DNA of 64,000 nt from positions 8,122,001 to 8,186,000 of the forward strand of contig CM022669.1 of the NCBI GenBank assembly GCA_012295275.1, written 5' to 3'. How positions within the stretch are numbered: position 1 is the stretch's first letter; each line of letters opens with the position of its first letter. This document shows, one piece after another, positions 48,844-63,228 of this stretch. Position numbers and translations under genes: made by a program. The DNA comes from Chrysomallon squamiferum (Eukaryota > Animalia > Mollusca). The notes under the pieces are model-generated. The model made no database searches and was not told where the DNA came from. It was given only the letters and a program-made list of their open reading frames with translations.

Positions 48844-51029
48844 ATATATGGAATCTGCTGTATGGCATTATTATAAATTGTTTATAGGACAACTGTTTAT
48901 ATTACCTACATATGTATGTAAACAAAAATGTTTTATATGGCACAGTAATAAATAAAATTTTAATTGTTTATAATACTTGTGTTTTTTTATCATATTAATT
49001 GCACATTTATCTAGACAGGTATTTAGTTATATAACATGGTAGTATGTAAAGTTAATATTCAAATGTATATTATATCATATTATCTCTATATTTATCTAAA
49101 TAAGTAAATTTATATGGGATGGTTATAAATAAAATTAAAATCTAATTGTTACATATTTAATTAAGATAAGTATTTGTTATATCACACAGTAGTAAATAAA
49201 GTTAAAATTTAATTGTCATATGTTTAATTAAGATTACCTGCACGGATTAGCTCACCTGTGCATTTACTTTGTGATTAAAATATCTCAGGTGTAAGTGGAT
49301 AATGGACGGAGATGAAAGGTCACTGGTCATCTTTATCTCACCTGTGTTATGTAATTTTGTTTGTAATATTTGATTTGATGTAATTGCTGAGTTATTTGCC
49401 CATCACAGAACTCTCCTGTCAAATTTTGTGATGAAGTACTGATCTGAATATTTAATACATTGCCAGTTATGACATAAAACACAAGTGTTATAAATTATTA
49501 AAATTTTATTTTGTTTATTTTACAGTGCCATATAAAATATTTTATTTATTTACAATTAAAATATTCACAGATTTAAATTTTTTAGATGAATTGCAGTTAT
49601 TTTCACCATTAAATAATAATAGCAATAACAAAAATCAAAGTAAAAAGTATACACATATAAAAATAAATATACAGGAATACACAATCAGATATACACAGAC
49701 ACACAGACACACATACATGCACACACTCACAAACTCTCACAACCACAAAAACCTCAGACAATTAATATTAGTTTCTGAAAATGAAATTAATCACACAAGT
49801 GTTCTAACCATCAGACTAATCCCTTTACAAGTGACTTGTCATCCATTACACAGCACTTTAAATGTTGTTTTTTTTGTTTCTGCTCTAATCCCACCCTCTT
49901 AGAGTCACATGTCACAGTGCCAGCTCTGTGTGTGAGAGTCAGTTGTAAAACAAACATTTGTATCACTGGCTTTTATTTCTGTCAAATTATCAATGGTTTT
50001 TTTTGTGTGTGTGTGTTTTTTTATTTTCGTGTATGTTTTTTTTTGTGTGTGTGTGTGTGTGTTTTTTGTGTGTATGAATGTGTCTGTTTGTCAAGTGCAT
50101 GTGTGGGCAGGTGAAACAAAAAAATATAAATATATTTTATATATTTATGTTTATTTTGGTTTTGTGAACTTTTGTATTAAAGTGTGTTTATTAAGGTATA
50201 ATTAAATAATGTAGTTATATATAAATAAATTGTAAATTTTAAAGATAGTTTAATTTTATCTTTTTTAATTTGTTATTTTTATTTGTTCATTTATTAATTT
50301 ATTTATTAAGTATCACTTATTTTCATTCAGCAATAGACTGTTTTTTAATTTAAATTATAATCAGGTTTGTTAACGTATTTATATATTTAAATATGTGTAA
50401 CACCTAACAGTCGATGAAATTTTGTAACTTGTCTTTATTATATGGTTTTACTGCTACTACTATTACAACTACTACTACTACTACTTGTATTAATACTACT
50501 ATTATTAATACTACTGCTACAACAACTACTACTACCACTACTACTACTATTATTTGTTTCTTATTATTATTATGTTAATTAAATTGTAGTTGTGATGGTG
50601 AATGTATTTTGTGTCTACATAGTTTTTTTGTTTTTGACATTCGCAGAATGAGCTGGCTGACCTGTGTTATATCCCATGTCATGATATCAGAGTGGTGTGA
50701 TACAACTCGGTATTTCATCTTAATTCCTCTTACTCAACAACACAGCTTCTCTTTCCAGCTCACCTGTATTCCCCTGTCACCCGAAAAAATCACCCTCGGG
50801 GCTGACACCAGGATCATGCTGTCCAGTTGCTAACGGCAACAATTCCCAAAATTCCTCATCTGGACATTTTTTTTTTTTTTTTTTTTTACCCCTCCACCAC
50901 CACCGATATCACCAAACCATATCTCACACATGGCAGCAGCAAATTCCCTCACTATCAACACTAATCCTGTTAATGCTGTTTGTTTAGAAACTTCATCTTG
51001 TCTTTGTCCGGTCTTTCTGACCAGCCTGT

Positions 51030-51079
51030 TGTCCACCATTGTCCACCAGTGTCCATCAGTGTCCACCATTGTCCACCAG
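51030..51079. repeat. 10-bp tandem repeat TGTCCACCA(T/G) x5
   Basis: Directly visible. Confidence 0.9.
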
Positions 51080-52090
51080 CAGTCAGCTGGATGGCTGGAG
51101 TTCATTTAGATCTTGTACGTTGAGATGACTTCTCCGTACCTCGGTCATTGTCTTCTTATCAGACATCTGTCATCAGTGGCTCTGCCTCGTGGTCAGTTGG
51201 AGAAAGGACACCGCTGACCAGAGAGGGAGATAGAATTGTTCTCGTCCATTGTCATCACCATGACACCCTGAATTCAGACGGTCAAATGTTTGTCTCAGGA
51301 AATTTGAGAAGATCTGGAAAAAAGATTTTCTAAAATTGCTTTTTTTTGTTTTTTTTATGGCTAAATTAAGAAATAAATCATGTCTGCTTAAAAGCTACTA
51401 AAAAATAAATGGTTTTGTTATTAAAACTGTTTACTTCACTTGTACTCTATATTTGACACCATTAGAGTCTCATGCAGTATCAAATTTATTGTTATCATGA
51501 AACATTCACTTTGTCATTTGGTTTTTTTTTATGTAGCATGCTTAAACTTCTCTATATCTTACTGCTGAGAAAATTTTGTTTTATTTCTATGGGAGGAGAA
51601 ATTCTAAAAAAAAGTTAAAATTTCTGGAGGTTCTGAAAAATATAAGAAAAACAAAAAATACATATATTTGTCACTTTATCTTTTCAGTGTCACAAATGTT
51701 ATATAAAAACAATGAAATTTGTAACATTGAAAAGATACAGTCATAAATTTAAATATTATATATATATATATTTTTTTGGTTAAATTCCATGATAGTGTGT
51801 TGCTTTGAGTTAGGTTAAAACCTTTCACAGCCTGATACCCTCAGTTAAATTGACATTGTTAAAATTGTGTGTTTTGTCAGAACATTGAAAAAACAGCTTT
51901 TGTTGTTAGTAAGTTATCTAGTTATTTCTTGTTAAAACATTTTCTTTGTTCATTTCTTTCTTCTTAATGTTTTTTGAAATAAAAAAAAATTAGCTTTTAT
52001 TTGTGTTGTGAGATTAAAGTCTTTGTTGTATGTTTTGCTTAGTATTTTATTTGTTTATTTTATTATATTCTGTATGCTCATTTGTTTTGT

Positions 52091-52510
<420 letters not shown>

Positions 52511-55500
52511 ATGCTATGCATAGGTTTTATTTTATTTATTATATTATCAGTTCCCTTAACACTCATTCACAAAGGGTGGCAACAGGGGAGAGTTTGGATG
52601 ATGATGGGAAGCCATAACCTAACATTTCCTTTCAGGCTGAGAGTAACATAAAAACAGTGAAAAATCTCTGTTTAATCTCTGTACACTTGTTGTTTGATTT
52701 ATCTTCCAGTCTCTTCATATTCTTTTATGCTCAGTTTTCTTTTAATCACAAAACCAATCCGTGAATCCAGTTTATTATGTTGTTCTTTTTTTTCTTTATC
52801 TTTTTTTTATAATGGGGGGGAGGGTGGGCTGGGTGGCTCCTCCCACCCATAACCAAATCAAGCATGTAAATCGTTTACAGAGCCCAAACTTGATTTGCAT
52901 GTGACAGAATGTTAGTGGTGTTATTTACTGGAGAATGAATCAGTGTTTGTATCAAACATGGCCTTTGTGTTTGGTCAGCGTTGTATGGGGGGAAACAAAT
53001 TAGTTCGAGTTAAAAAACATTTTAATTATGTTTGTTTAATGTTGTGTGGAGAACAAATTAAAATCCTTTAATTATGTTTGGTTACTGTTCTGTAGGTCAT
53101 GAGAACTAAACTGGCCGGCGCACTGCGAAGTGATCCATTTTGCGAGTTCACCGTGCGAAAGATTTCATTCATTGCGAGTGATTTACATATTTTGTTCACG
53201 TCTGTCGAGTGACAGAAATTACACCCTGGACAATACACCTGTATTGTACCTGGTCTCTCACTTCATTAGACTTCTTTTTTTTTCTTCTTCAAAAATACAG
53301 CTAGGTGTTTTTTTTTTTTTTTTTATTAGTATTTGTGTTATTTTTTAAACACTGGAGTAGGATATGATTGTGACATTTTGTGAGTCATTCGGGACATCAG
53401 AAAAAAAAAAAAGAGAAAAATGTGTGTATACTTTTCTTGTTCTGTGAACCATTTTATAATGTGGTGGCAAATTGGGAAATTACCACTGTTCATGCTTTGA
53501 CGAGCCAAGGTGAGATAAAGTGTCATTTTTTGCGGTTAATCACTGTGACTAACCTAGCATGATTACCTCAGTCACACTTAAACCTCATAGAGTGGCAGAA
53601 TTTAAAAAAAAAAAAAAAATATATAATAATTCTTTAGATACTAAATTTTTAGTTATTTTATTGTAGAATGACTTTATTTTGTTTTAAAAAGTTATAATTT
53701 CAAAAATAAATACTGATGATCATTTGTTGAAAAAAATACTTAATTTTTTTTTTAATAAGATTATCTGTGGGGTTTATTTTTCTTTTATTGTAATAAATTA
53801 ATAATGAAAAAAATGATATGTTGCTTTTCTCTTTATAAAAGTATTTGCAATGTCAATAAATAAACTAAATTAGGAAACTGAAATAATTTTCCTTTTTTCT
53901 TCTTTTTCTTTTTTAAATGCAAGAAAAATAAAAAATGAATAAAAACCAATAAATAAATAAATAAATAAATAAATAAACACAAATCATAAATATAAATAAA
54001 AATCTATTTTAACCCAAGCACTAATAACTGAAACTTTCACAACATAAAATTTTTAATTATTTACAAAACACTTTTACTCTAAGTATTTCAACATACAACC
54101 ATCACACTTACATTCACATCCACTGTTTACTTTATCATTCAAGCTTTCATTCTGATTGGATAACAACTGTAGACTCTTTGACAGAGGAGATAGATTAGCA
54201 GTAGCTGTGAGGAATGTTAGAGTTGCCCACCTTGTGAACTCTCCTGTCTGAAGGAGATCAGGCACTAATCCCCCCATTACCTGCTAAAACGCGGAGTGCC
54301 AGTGTGTGTGTGTATCTACGTAGGCAGAGAATGTAGAAAACTTTGTATAACTTTAGATAACAATGTAACACAAAGTAGTCAATGTGTAATACATGATGTT
54401 TCTGTTTCAAGAAGTTTAACACAATCTATGTGTAATAGATGAAATATGTGTAGTCTAAGTCTTTTTGTGAAAAAAATAAAAAAATAATAATGTAACACTA
54501 AGTAGAAATGTGTGTAGATTTTAAGAATAGTATTTGATGTAACACAAAATAGCCACTGTATAGTACTTGAAGTAGTAGTAGTACTAGTAAGAGTAACAGC
54601 ATTACTTTTTGTTCTTGTTTAATTAAACTGTTTAAAAGTATTTGACAACACACGTCTAATATTAACAGTTATTACACATTTCATGTTTGATAATAAAAGA
54701 AATATTGTATTGCTGTTAGTCCATGTGTGAAGCAATTTACAGCAAAATATATTGTTTTTCATGCACCTTCCCATGGGCAGCTCTGGACTGCAATTCTTTC
54801 TGATTTCTTAACTGCTGTTTAAATCTAATCCACCCTAATTCTCTTAAGTCTGGTAACAAGATTAGAACCCAGCACCTTGCAGTCAAAAAGATTAACCTCT
54901 GGACAGAGGTCTGACCATGCTCAGGACATCAGAGATTAAACAGAGATATCCAGTGTCCCTTGTCCACCTGGATTGCGACAGAGAGGAAACCAGATTTGTT
55001 ATTTGCACACCTATCTGGTACCTGCACTGTCATTTACACACCCGTCTAGTGATGATGTTGTTCAAACAGGTAATCTGTGCGGCTGTTTGAAGGTTAGCCC
55101 TCCACACCGAAACACAAACACGTTTTTAATCAGACACACCTTGATAATGTTACACTTTCTCACAGCGGTCAGTGTTATCCTGACCATCGTTAAGTGACCA
55201 CATGCCACAGGTAATTGGTTGTGTGGGTCTCTGTATTGATGTTTTGTAAACTTTGTGATGTATTCTTGTCATTGACTTTAGATCTGCTGGTAATAGATTT
55301 TTTTTACTGAAGTTGTTTTTGTAGAAGTATGAAACCATGAAATATTTGTCTGTTTTTTTTTTTTTTTACCCCTTTTTAACCTAATCTCGTAAATTATTAG
55401 GAAAATAAAACTTGTTACCTGGATTATTTTAGTCAACAAATACAAAATAGTTTACTCAAAAAAAGTTTGTTTTGTTTGATACTCACTAAAAAAAAAAAAA

Positions 55501-56072
55501 CATTGACTAATTTCCCTTCATTTGTTAGAAACCAAACATTTTCTAACTCTAACTTTTGCCTTCAGCATCAAATGATTTTTCATTTGTACTTTCTCATAAG
55601 AGAGTTTATGACTGCTGTTTTTTTTTTTTTAAAGTGATTCTGAAGCACTTGTTTGGAATTGGAAATAATCAAATTGGTGACCTAGGATGTGTCCAAATAT
55701 TTTATCACTGTCTTGCAAAGAATATTAACTACACAAACACCTACACAACTATTGTTAAATTAACAATGAAAATAAATCAAATGAATAGCAAAACAAACAA
55801 ATAAACTACTAAACAAATCACATGACAAAGACTTTTGTCCCACAACACAAATAAAGATTAGTAAACAACAACCAGATAAAATGAACAAAGTAAATGTTTT
55901 AACAAGAAATAACTAGATAACTTATTAATAACAAAAGCTGTTTTTTCTACATTCTAACAAAACATAATAACATGACCATTTAATCTAATTGAGAGCATCA
56001 TTCTTAACATAATACAGATTAACAAACAAACAAATAAATAATAAATATGTAAGTATCTGTGTTCATTTAAAA

Positions 56073-56124
<52 letters not shown>

Positions 56125-56968
56125 TACATGGACATATTTACATGCGTTTCTGTATGTATATGTATGTATCTAGACACACACAAACACACATATATATATA
56201 CATATATTAATCTATGCATTATACATGGTACTAACAATAACAAATTATTTATATTAAACTTTAGGTCAGTGAAAAGCTTCAGAATTTATGTTTTGATCAG
56301 GAATAGTTAAGGGATTACAGACACTTTCACAAACATGTTTAACATAAGATCTGAACTATGTACCAATTAAAACAGCATTCTCTGAAGAATTTTGTTCATT
56401 ATACACATTCAATTAAAAAATAATAATAATAATTAAAACAAAAATTAAAATGACATAAAATAAAAAAAAATAAAAAAAAATAAATAAATAATAATAAAAT
56501 AAATAAATAAAAAACAATAAAATAAATAAATCAAAATTTATATAATAATAAATATAAAAGAAAAAAATAATAATTACACTACTGAAATTAATGTATTATT
56601 ACTGAAATTATTCTACTAAGTCATTATGTTCTAAAAAAAAAATTAAAATATTTTTGGAGTAAAATCTAACAGAAATGTAATACGGATGACAAGACTTAAG
56701 GGAAGCTGGATTCTCACTTCACCAAAACCTTTGTTGGGACCTGTCACTGCTACATAATCTGTGAAATACCAGGATAATTTCATCAGAATTATTTTGTCTT
56801 CAAACAGGATAGAGAGTCCAAAGTTTGTGCAAACAATGGTTCAGTTTAATTAAGATTAATGACATTTTGATACACTGTCATTTTTAACATGATCATCTGT
56901 AACTGAGCTTACATCCTGTCTTTGTTTAAATGGGTTCTGTTTACAAAAACTGATACATTGAACATGTC

Positions 56969-56972
<4 letters not shown>

Positions 56973-57008
<36 letters not shown>

Positions 57009-57450
57009 CAGTGGGAGTGTGTGCATGTGTATGTGTGTGTGTGTGCGTGTGTGTTTGTGTGTGTGTGTGTGTGTTTGAATGTATGTATGTGTGTGGGGGT
57101 GAGTGTGTGTGTGTATATGTCTTGAGAGAGACAGAGAGAGAGAGTGTGCCTGTAAATCTGTATGTTTGTGTGTGTGTACGTGGGTACGTGTGTGAGTGTG
57201 TATTTGAATGTATGTATATATGATATGTATGTATGTGTGGGGATAATGTATGTGAATGTATGGGTGTGAGTGTTTGAGAGAGTGTACATGAGTATGTTTC
57301 TGTCTGTGTATGTGAGAGAGTATGTTTTTCTGTATGTGTGATTTAAAATGTGCATCTTTATATGCTTTTGCATGAAGCTGTGTGTATATATTTGCATTAT
57401 GTGTCTTTTTGTTTGCATGTTAATGTCTGTGAGTTTGCGTGTGTGTGTAT
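56973..57450. repeat. Degenerate (TG)n-rich tract
   Basis: Directly visible. Confidence 0.85.
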
Positions 57451-57827
57451 ACACACAAGAAAAACTTCATATTTATCAAACATATATTTTTACATAAGAA
57501 CATAACTTTTATCAGTGAAATTTTCTTTATTTGATGATAATACAACATAACATAAAAACAATATAATAAACTAAACATAATAAAATTAATTATAATAACA
57601 AAGAAGTAGATAATGGTATGTGACAGGTGTGTGTACCACTGTGAAGATTAATTACTGTAATCCAGGTGTTCAAAATACACCTGTGACATTCCGTGAAATC
57701 TCAAAAGCAAATAAACTTCATCAATTTACATTTAAATCTGCATTTTTTTATTAATTTTTTTTTTTCTGTTGAATTTTCACGTTTTCTTGTGTTTTTTTGT
57801 GTATTTATTTCTATTTATTTGTAGATG

Positions 57828-57876
<49 letters not shown>

Positions 57877-59631
57877 TTCCACTTTATGTTTTCCCCTTTC
57901 TACTGTTTTTTGTTTTTATTTTGTACAATTTTAATTTAGGTGTATGAGCTGGAATTGTAAATGCAAAAGGTTTCTTACAGGAGGTCATGTTGTAATAAAC
58001 AATAGCATTTCTTGATTTACACAGGTGTACATTTACACACAAACACAGAAACACACACAGACACACATACATGTAGACATACACACAAACATACTCACAG
58101 ACACATACACACATACATGTATACAGAACACATATATACACACACACACACATACAACCACACATACATGTATACAGAACACATATATACACACATACAC
58201 ATATAGGCCTACATGTATACATTAAACACAACATACACTTGTGTACACATACATAATTTTGCAAATAACAAAATAATAACACAGACAAATGATAAAAAAA
58301 CAAAACAAAAAAAACTCTTGTCTGTCACATATTTATTTATTTCAACACATATTACCAAATTCTATTGAAATAATAATTTTTTTCAGTAAATAAGGAGATA
58401 ATTTGATCACTAACAGCTTGTACAATTAGATGCACAAACAAACTGACAACACAAGATTTAATCTGTCACCCGGACTCCAAATTTCACAAAGTCCTGCATC
58501 CATTTATTCTTTGCATTTTGAAAGAGCTGGTCCAGAATGAGAAAAACAGGTATCATCGAAAATGATAATTGTTGTAAAGTTTGTGTCAACTTGTCAAGAT
58601 AGACAGATAAAAAGGTGAAAAGTTGAAGATTGAATCAGCTGAGTGAATGTAAAAACTTTTTATTTATTTTTCAAATCTGTTGTATGTAATTGTCTGTAAT
58701 TTGGTGCAGTGTTTTTTTTTGCTGTGGGAAGTCATGCAACATATTGTTTGCTTTGAATGTTTTTTTGTTGTTGTTTATTTGTTATTCAATCCCAACATCA
58801 ACTACAACAAAAACAACATAATAATTATTATTATTATTGTGGGCCTTTTTTTTGGTTGGTGTTGTTAATACCACAAACATTTAAAAACAAAAACAGTACA
58901 ATAATTTACAAAAAACCCACAAAAAATCCTGCATATATTTACAATTATTACGATTGCTAAATTAGACGTTCAAACTGCTTTTCAGTTCATTCAGATCAAG
59001 ATATGAAATTTCACCTCCAGATCATGTTATATCTAAAAATTATTAACCTTTGTAGCATATATTTAATATACCACAAATAGGAGTATATAAACCTGATACA
59101 TTATGAATATATAAACAGCAAACAAATAATTAAATGTTGATTGTATTGACAGCGACTGACAAACATCATGAAGGGGGTATACATGGTAAATATTTGAATC
59201 TCTCAAGCTTCCTAACCTTTGTGAATCACTCTGTTTAGTCCAGTTGACCTTTGTCTGAGTAAATTTTCTACTTGAAGTGTGAACACAGAAACAAAATCTT
59301 GAAAAGCTTCTTCACATTCCAGTCATACAGACATACAGATGTACAGATGTATAAACGTAAAAGACTAATGGACTGATGGACAGTGTTTGGGACTCTAACA
59401 GAGACCAGCTGTTTGTCTGATAGTCTGTTTGTGTGACTGTACTTGTATGACAAGTGTAATACAAAACTGTAGAGACATGTTTAAATATGTACAATATAAT
59501 ACAGTTTGTGTGTGTAAGTGTATAATATGTTTTTTATGTTAAATGTACTGATTGAAGTACTGGGTAAATATCAGAGTTTACTGTGGGGTAGATTAAACTC
59601 TGTATTGTATCCACATTAAAATATATATTGT

Positions 59632-59790
59632 CTGTGTTGTAGTGGTTAAAGGAATGAAATGAATGAAATTGATAAAAAGGATCAATCCTCTGTGTTTATT
59701 TCACGTTCCAACCACTGCCCCTACATTTTGTTTATGAGTAATATTCTTTCAATTAGAAGATGTGCATAAATAATTTCTTGCTCCTAACTG
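59632..59790 (+). mobile_element. SINE 5' half
   Basis: AGTGGTTAAAG A-box, GGATCAATCC B-box, 17-mer identical to 25016-25032, GTGCATAAATAATTTCTTGCTCCTAA core. Confidence 0.6.
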
Positions 59791-60917
59791 TTTGTAATAT
59801 AAACAGTCTTCATTTTGTTTATCTTTATTAAACAAAATGAACCAAAATCCATAGACTTAAGGAAAAGTACAGAGTTGAAATATTTGAGAAGAAAGAAAGA
59901 AAGAAAGAAAAACGTGAGGGTAAGTTGAAAGAGAAGGGAAGAAGAAAACAAACTGAAGGAAAAGAAGAAGTAAAAATAGTTTAGAAAAGAGGAAGAGAAT
60001 AAGATAAATAAAAATTAAATGAAAGAGAAATAGAGTGAGAGAGAGAACAAGAGAGAGAAAAAGAAAACAAATAAAAATATGGACAACACAGTTTAAATAA
60101 AGTGAATTAGTGTAAGAAAAAGAAGAAACCCACTCAGAATGTAATGAACTAGATTACTCTAAGAAGATATCTGTTACACATTTTTCATCTCTCACTACTT
60201 GTTATATTTAAAAAAAAAAAAATGGAATTTCAGCGTAACCGAGATTGTCAAAACCTCGAACAGCTCCTCATTGAAAAGCACTCAGTGTATGATTACCAGT
60301 CCATTGTCCACTGTGTGTCTGTCCGTGTCATTTATCACACCTTGAAGATGATTGACTCTGCAATGTTATGTTTTCTAAAATAACACAGATAATGAGACAA
60401 GCTTGTCCTTCCATTAGAACCAACTCGGTCGCTGTTCATAAGTCCTCTACTCCAAATTCTTTGACAAAAAAAAGATTCCTTTGACACCTCGCCTCTTTTT
60501 TCCTTTTTCTGCCTCTAAGCTTTCTGACTTTTCAACTGGCTTGCCAGGGAGCACGACCTCCTGTAAAGAGCCACAAAGAGCCTAATAAATTGACAGCTCT
60601 AATTGGCTGAAAAGTTCTTTCTGGTTGACCACATCCTGCTATGTACAAACACAGACAAAAACCTCACCCTGGGACTTCCTACTGAGATTTTGTTTGAAGT
60701 TCTGAAGATGGGGCTGGTGTGGTTGCATAATTAGAACAAAGGGGGGAGGGAGGGGAGGGGAGAGTCTGCAGATTTGGTGGTGAAGAGGTGTAAAAAAAAA
60801 ACTGATGTCTGTCTGTCTGAATTGTGAAGCAGTTTGTTAGGTAAGTGATGAAAAGAGGCAGAACGTTTTGTTCAGTAAGTGGATTTGTTTGTTTGTTTGT
60901 GAATGTCTTCTGTTGTG

Positions 60918-60920
<3 letters not shown>

Positions 60921-61007
<87 letters not shown>

Positions 61008-61155
61008 GAGGATGAGAGAGAAAGAAGCAGAGAGAGAGAGAGAAATGAGGCTGAGAGAGAGAAAGAGAAACACAGAGAGAGAGAGAACTGAGGCTGAGAG
61101 AGAGAGAGAGAGTAAGAATGAGACAGAGAAATGACTGAATGACAGAGAGAGAGAC
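60921..61155. repeat. (GA)n microsatellite and purine-rich extension
   Basis: Directly visible; source of RE ORFs. Confidence 0.95.
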
Positions 61156-61766
61156 TGTGAGAATTATTAGAAAGAGAGTGAGAGACAGAGTGGTAATATA
61201 ACTAGACAGAGATCAAGTCAGAGAAAAACTGAGCAAGAAGAAAAATCAGAAAATGAATAATGATTATGCTGGCTAAATTTCATATCCCTTTTATTCATTT
61301 ATTATTCACTGTAAAATAAACTTGATCTGAACCATTGTTTTTATTTTTAGCATCTTTATTTCTATTAATTTATCCCTTCAGTTGTTCTTTTCTTCCCTTT
61401 TTCTTTTATTTTACATCTTTCCTTATTTCTTTCTTCATTCTTTTCATCATCTGTATAAAATCTGATACAAAAGCATTTCACTTCTAATGATATTTATTAC
61501 AGGTAAAATCACAGGTGTACCTGATAACTTTTATTAATCAATTACCTTTAACAAAAGTCACACAGGTACTAACATCACCAGCTCTTTTTTTTATTATTTC
61601 TTTTCAATTTCACCAAAATTATCCTTTTATTTACAACAAAAAAGTTTATTAATTTTAATAATTCAAAGTCCCTTGACTTGTTACAGTTCACTGGCAGTTT
61701 GCACCTGACTGATTATTTTATTCTGTGATTTCTTTCCTTTCTCATTTTTTAAATTATATATATATA

Positions 61767-61804
<38 letters not shown>

Positions 61805-62437
61805 CACAAACATATATAACAGAATATATATATATGTATATAGTCTGCACTCACCAATTTTTGTATTTTTGATTTTATTTGTGTTACATCTCACCTGTTC
61901 ATTTACACCTTGATGATTCATTCCATTTTCATTGTTACAATTGAATTATTACATCCGTTGTTTAAAAAAAAATATATAAAACCTAAAAAAAATATAAAAA
62001 AGCTATTTAAAAATAACAAAGAACAAGAATTATTTTAAAAAATGCTGCTCTTCATAAATATCTGTCAGCTGACAGTTAGAGATTAATTTTTTCTTTCTGA
62101 TAATTCTTAACCATTAAAATCTTTTTTCTTTTTCTTTTCTTTCTTTTTTCTTCTCCTTTTTTTAAAATATATTTTGGTTCTTTTAAATTTTATTTGACCT
62201 TCCATGCCATAAAACATTTTATTATGACAATAATAATAATAATATGATGATTAATGTTATTACAAGGATGATATGGATGACAATGAAGGATTAAAATGAT
62301 ATATTATGCTCATGATGATGATTATGATGTAGATATTGACAAGTATGATATAATGATGATGTTAGAGATGATAGAGATGATACAGCAACAAAAATATTAA
62401 CATCAACAATAACACTAACACTAATAGTAATAGTAAA

Positions 62438-62475
<38 letters not shown>

Positions 62476-62889
62476 CAACAACAACAACAACATAAATAAT
62501 CAAATTAAAAATAGAAACTTAAAATAACAATTAACAGTTAAAAAATATATAAACAACAAATAAAGAAGATAGTCTTGGCTCATTTACTGCCGAATCAGAT
62601 CAAGAATCAGAGAAACACAAATTTGGTAAATAAAAAAAAACTGAAGAACATGTGGAATGGATTTGTAGAAAACAAAATGTGCAGAGATTTGAAAAATCAG
62701 CAAACAAGTGATGTGAAAATCAGGAAGAACACTATGGAGAGATAAACAAGAGACAGACAAACTTTCAGAAAACTCACTGAAAAATTGCTATAAAAATCAG
62801 CATGAAAGTTACGACAGGAATCAATTAAATATCACCAAATATTGATATCAAGCAAAAAAATAAACAACAACAACAATCTTAATAATAAT

Positions 62890-62981
62890 AATTGTTTGCT
62901 TGTCTAACCACACCCTGGCACCCAAAATTGGCTATAATTGTTTGCTTGTCTAACCACACCCTGGCACCCAAAATTGGCTAT
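62890..62981. repeat. Perfect 46-bp tandem duplication
   Basis: AATTGTTTGCTTGTCTAACCACACCCTGGCACCCAAAATTGGCTAT twice. Confidence 0.95.
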
Positions 62982-63196
62982 TGGGTATAATAATAATAAC
63001 GATGATGATGATGATGATGGTGTTGGTGTTGATATTAATAATAATAATAATAATAATAATTGTAATAATAACAAAAATAAAATAAAATAAAATAAAATAC
63101 AAATACAATAATAATTCAAAAAAATCATATAACAGTGAAATGTCATATATGTTTCTGCAGAAAAGCATGAAACAATAAATCACAGAAGAATTTGAG

Positions 63197-63228
<32 letters not shown>

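Noticed and set aside
49303-49322. miR-184-like TGGACGGAGA
   Set aside because: Only the first 10 nt match and no proper 5p arm lies upstream.
59301-59321. miR-1-like sequence TGGAATGTGAAGAAGC on the minus strand
   Set aside because: The 3' half diverges from miR-1 and I could not form a convincing precursor stem with either flank.
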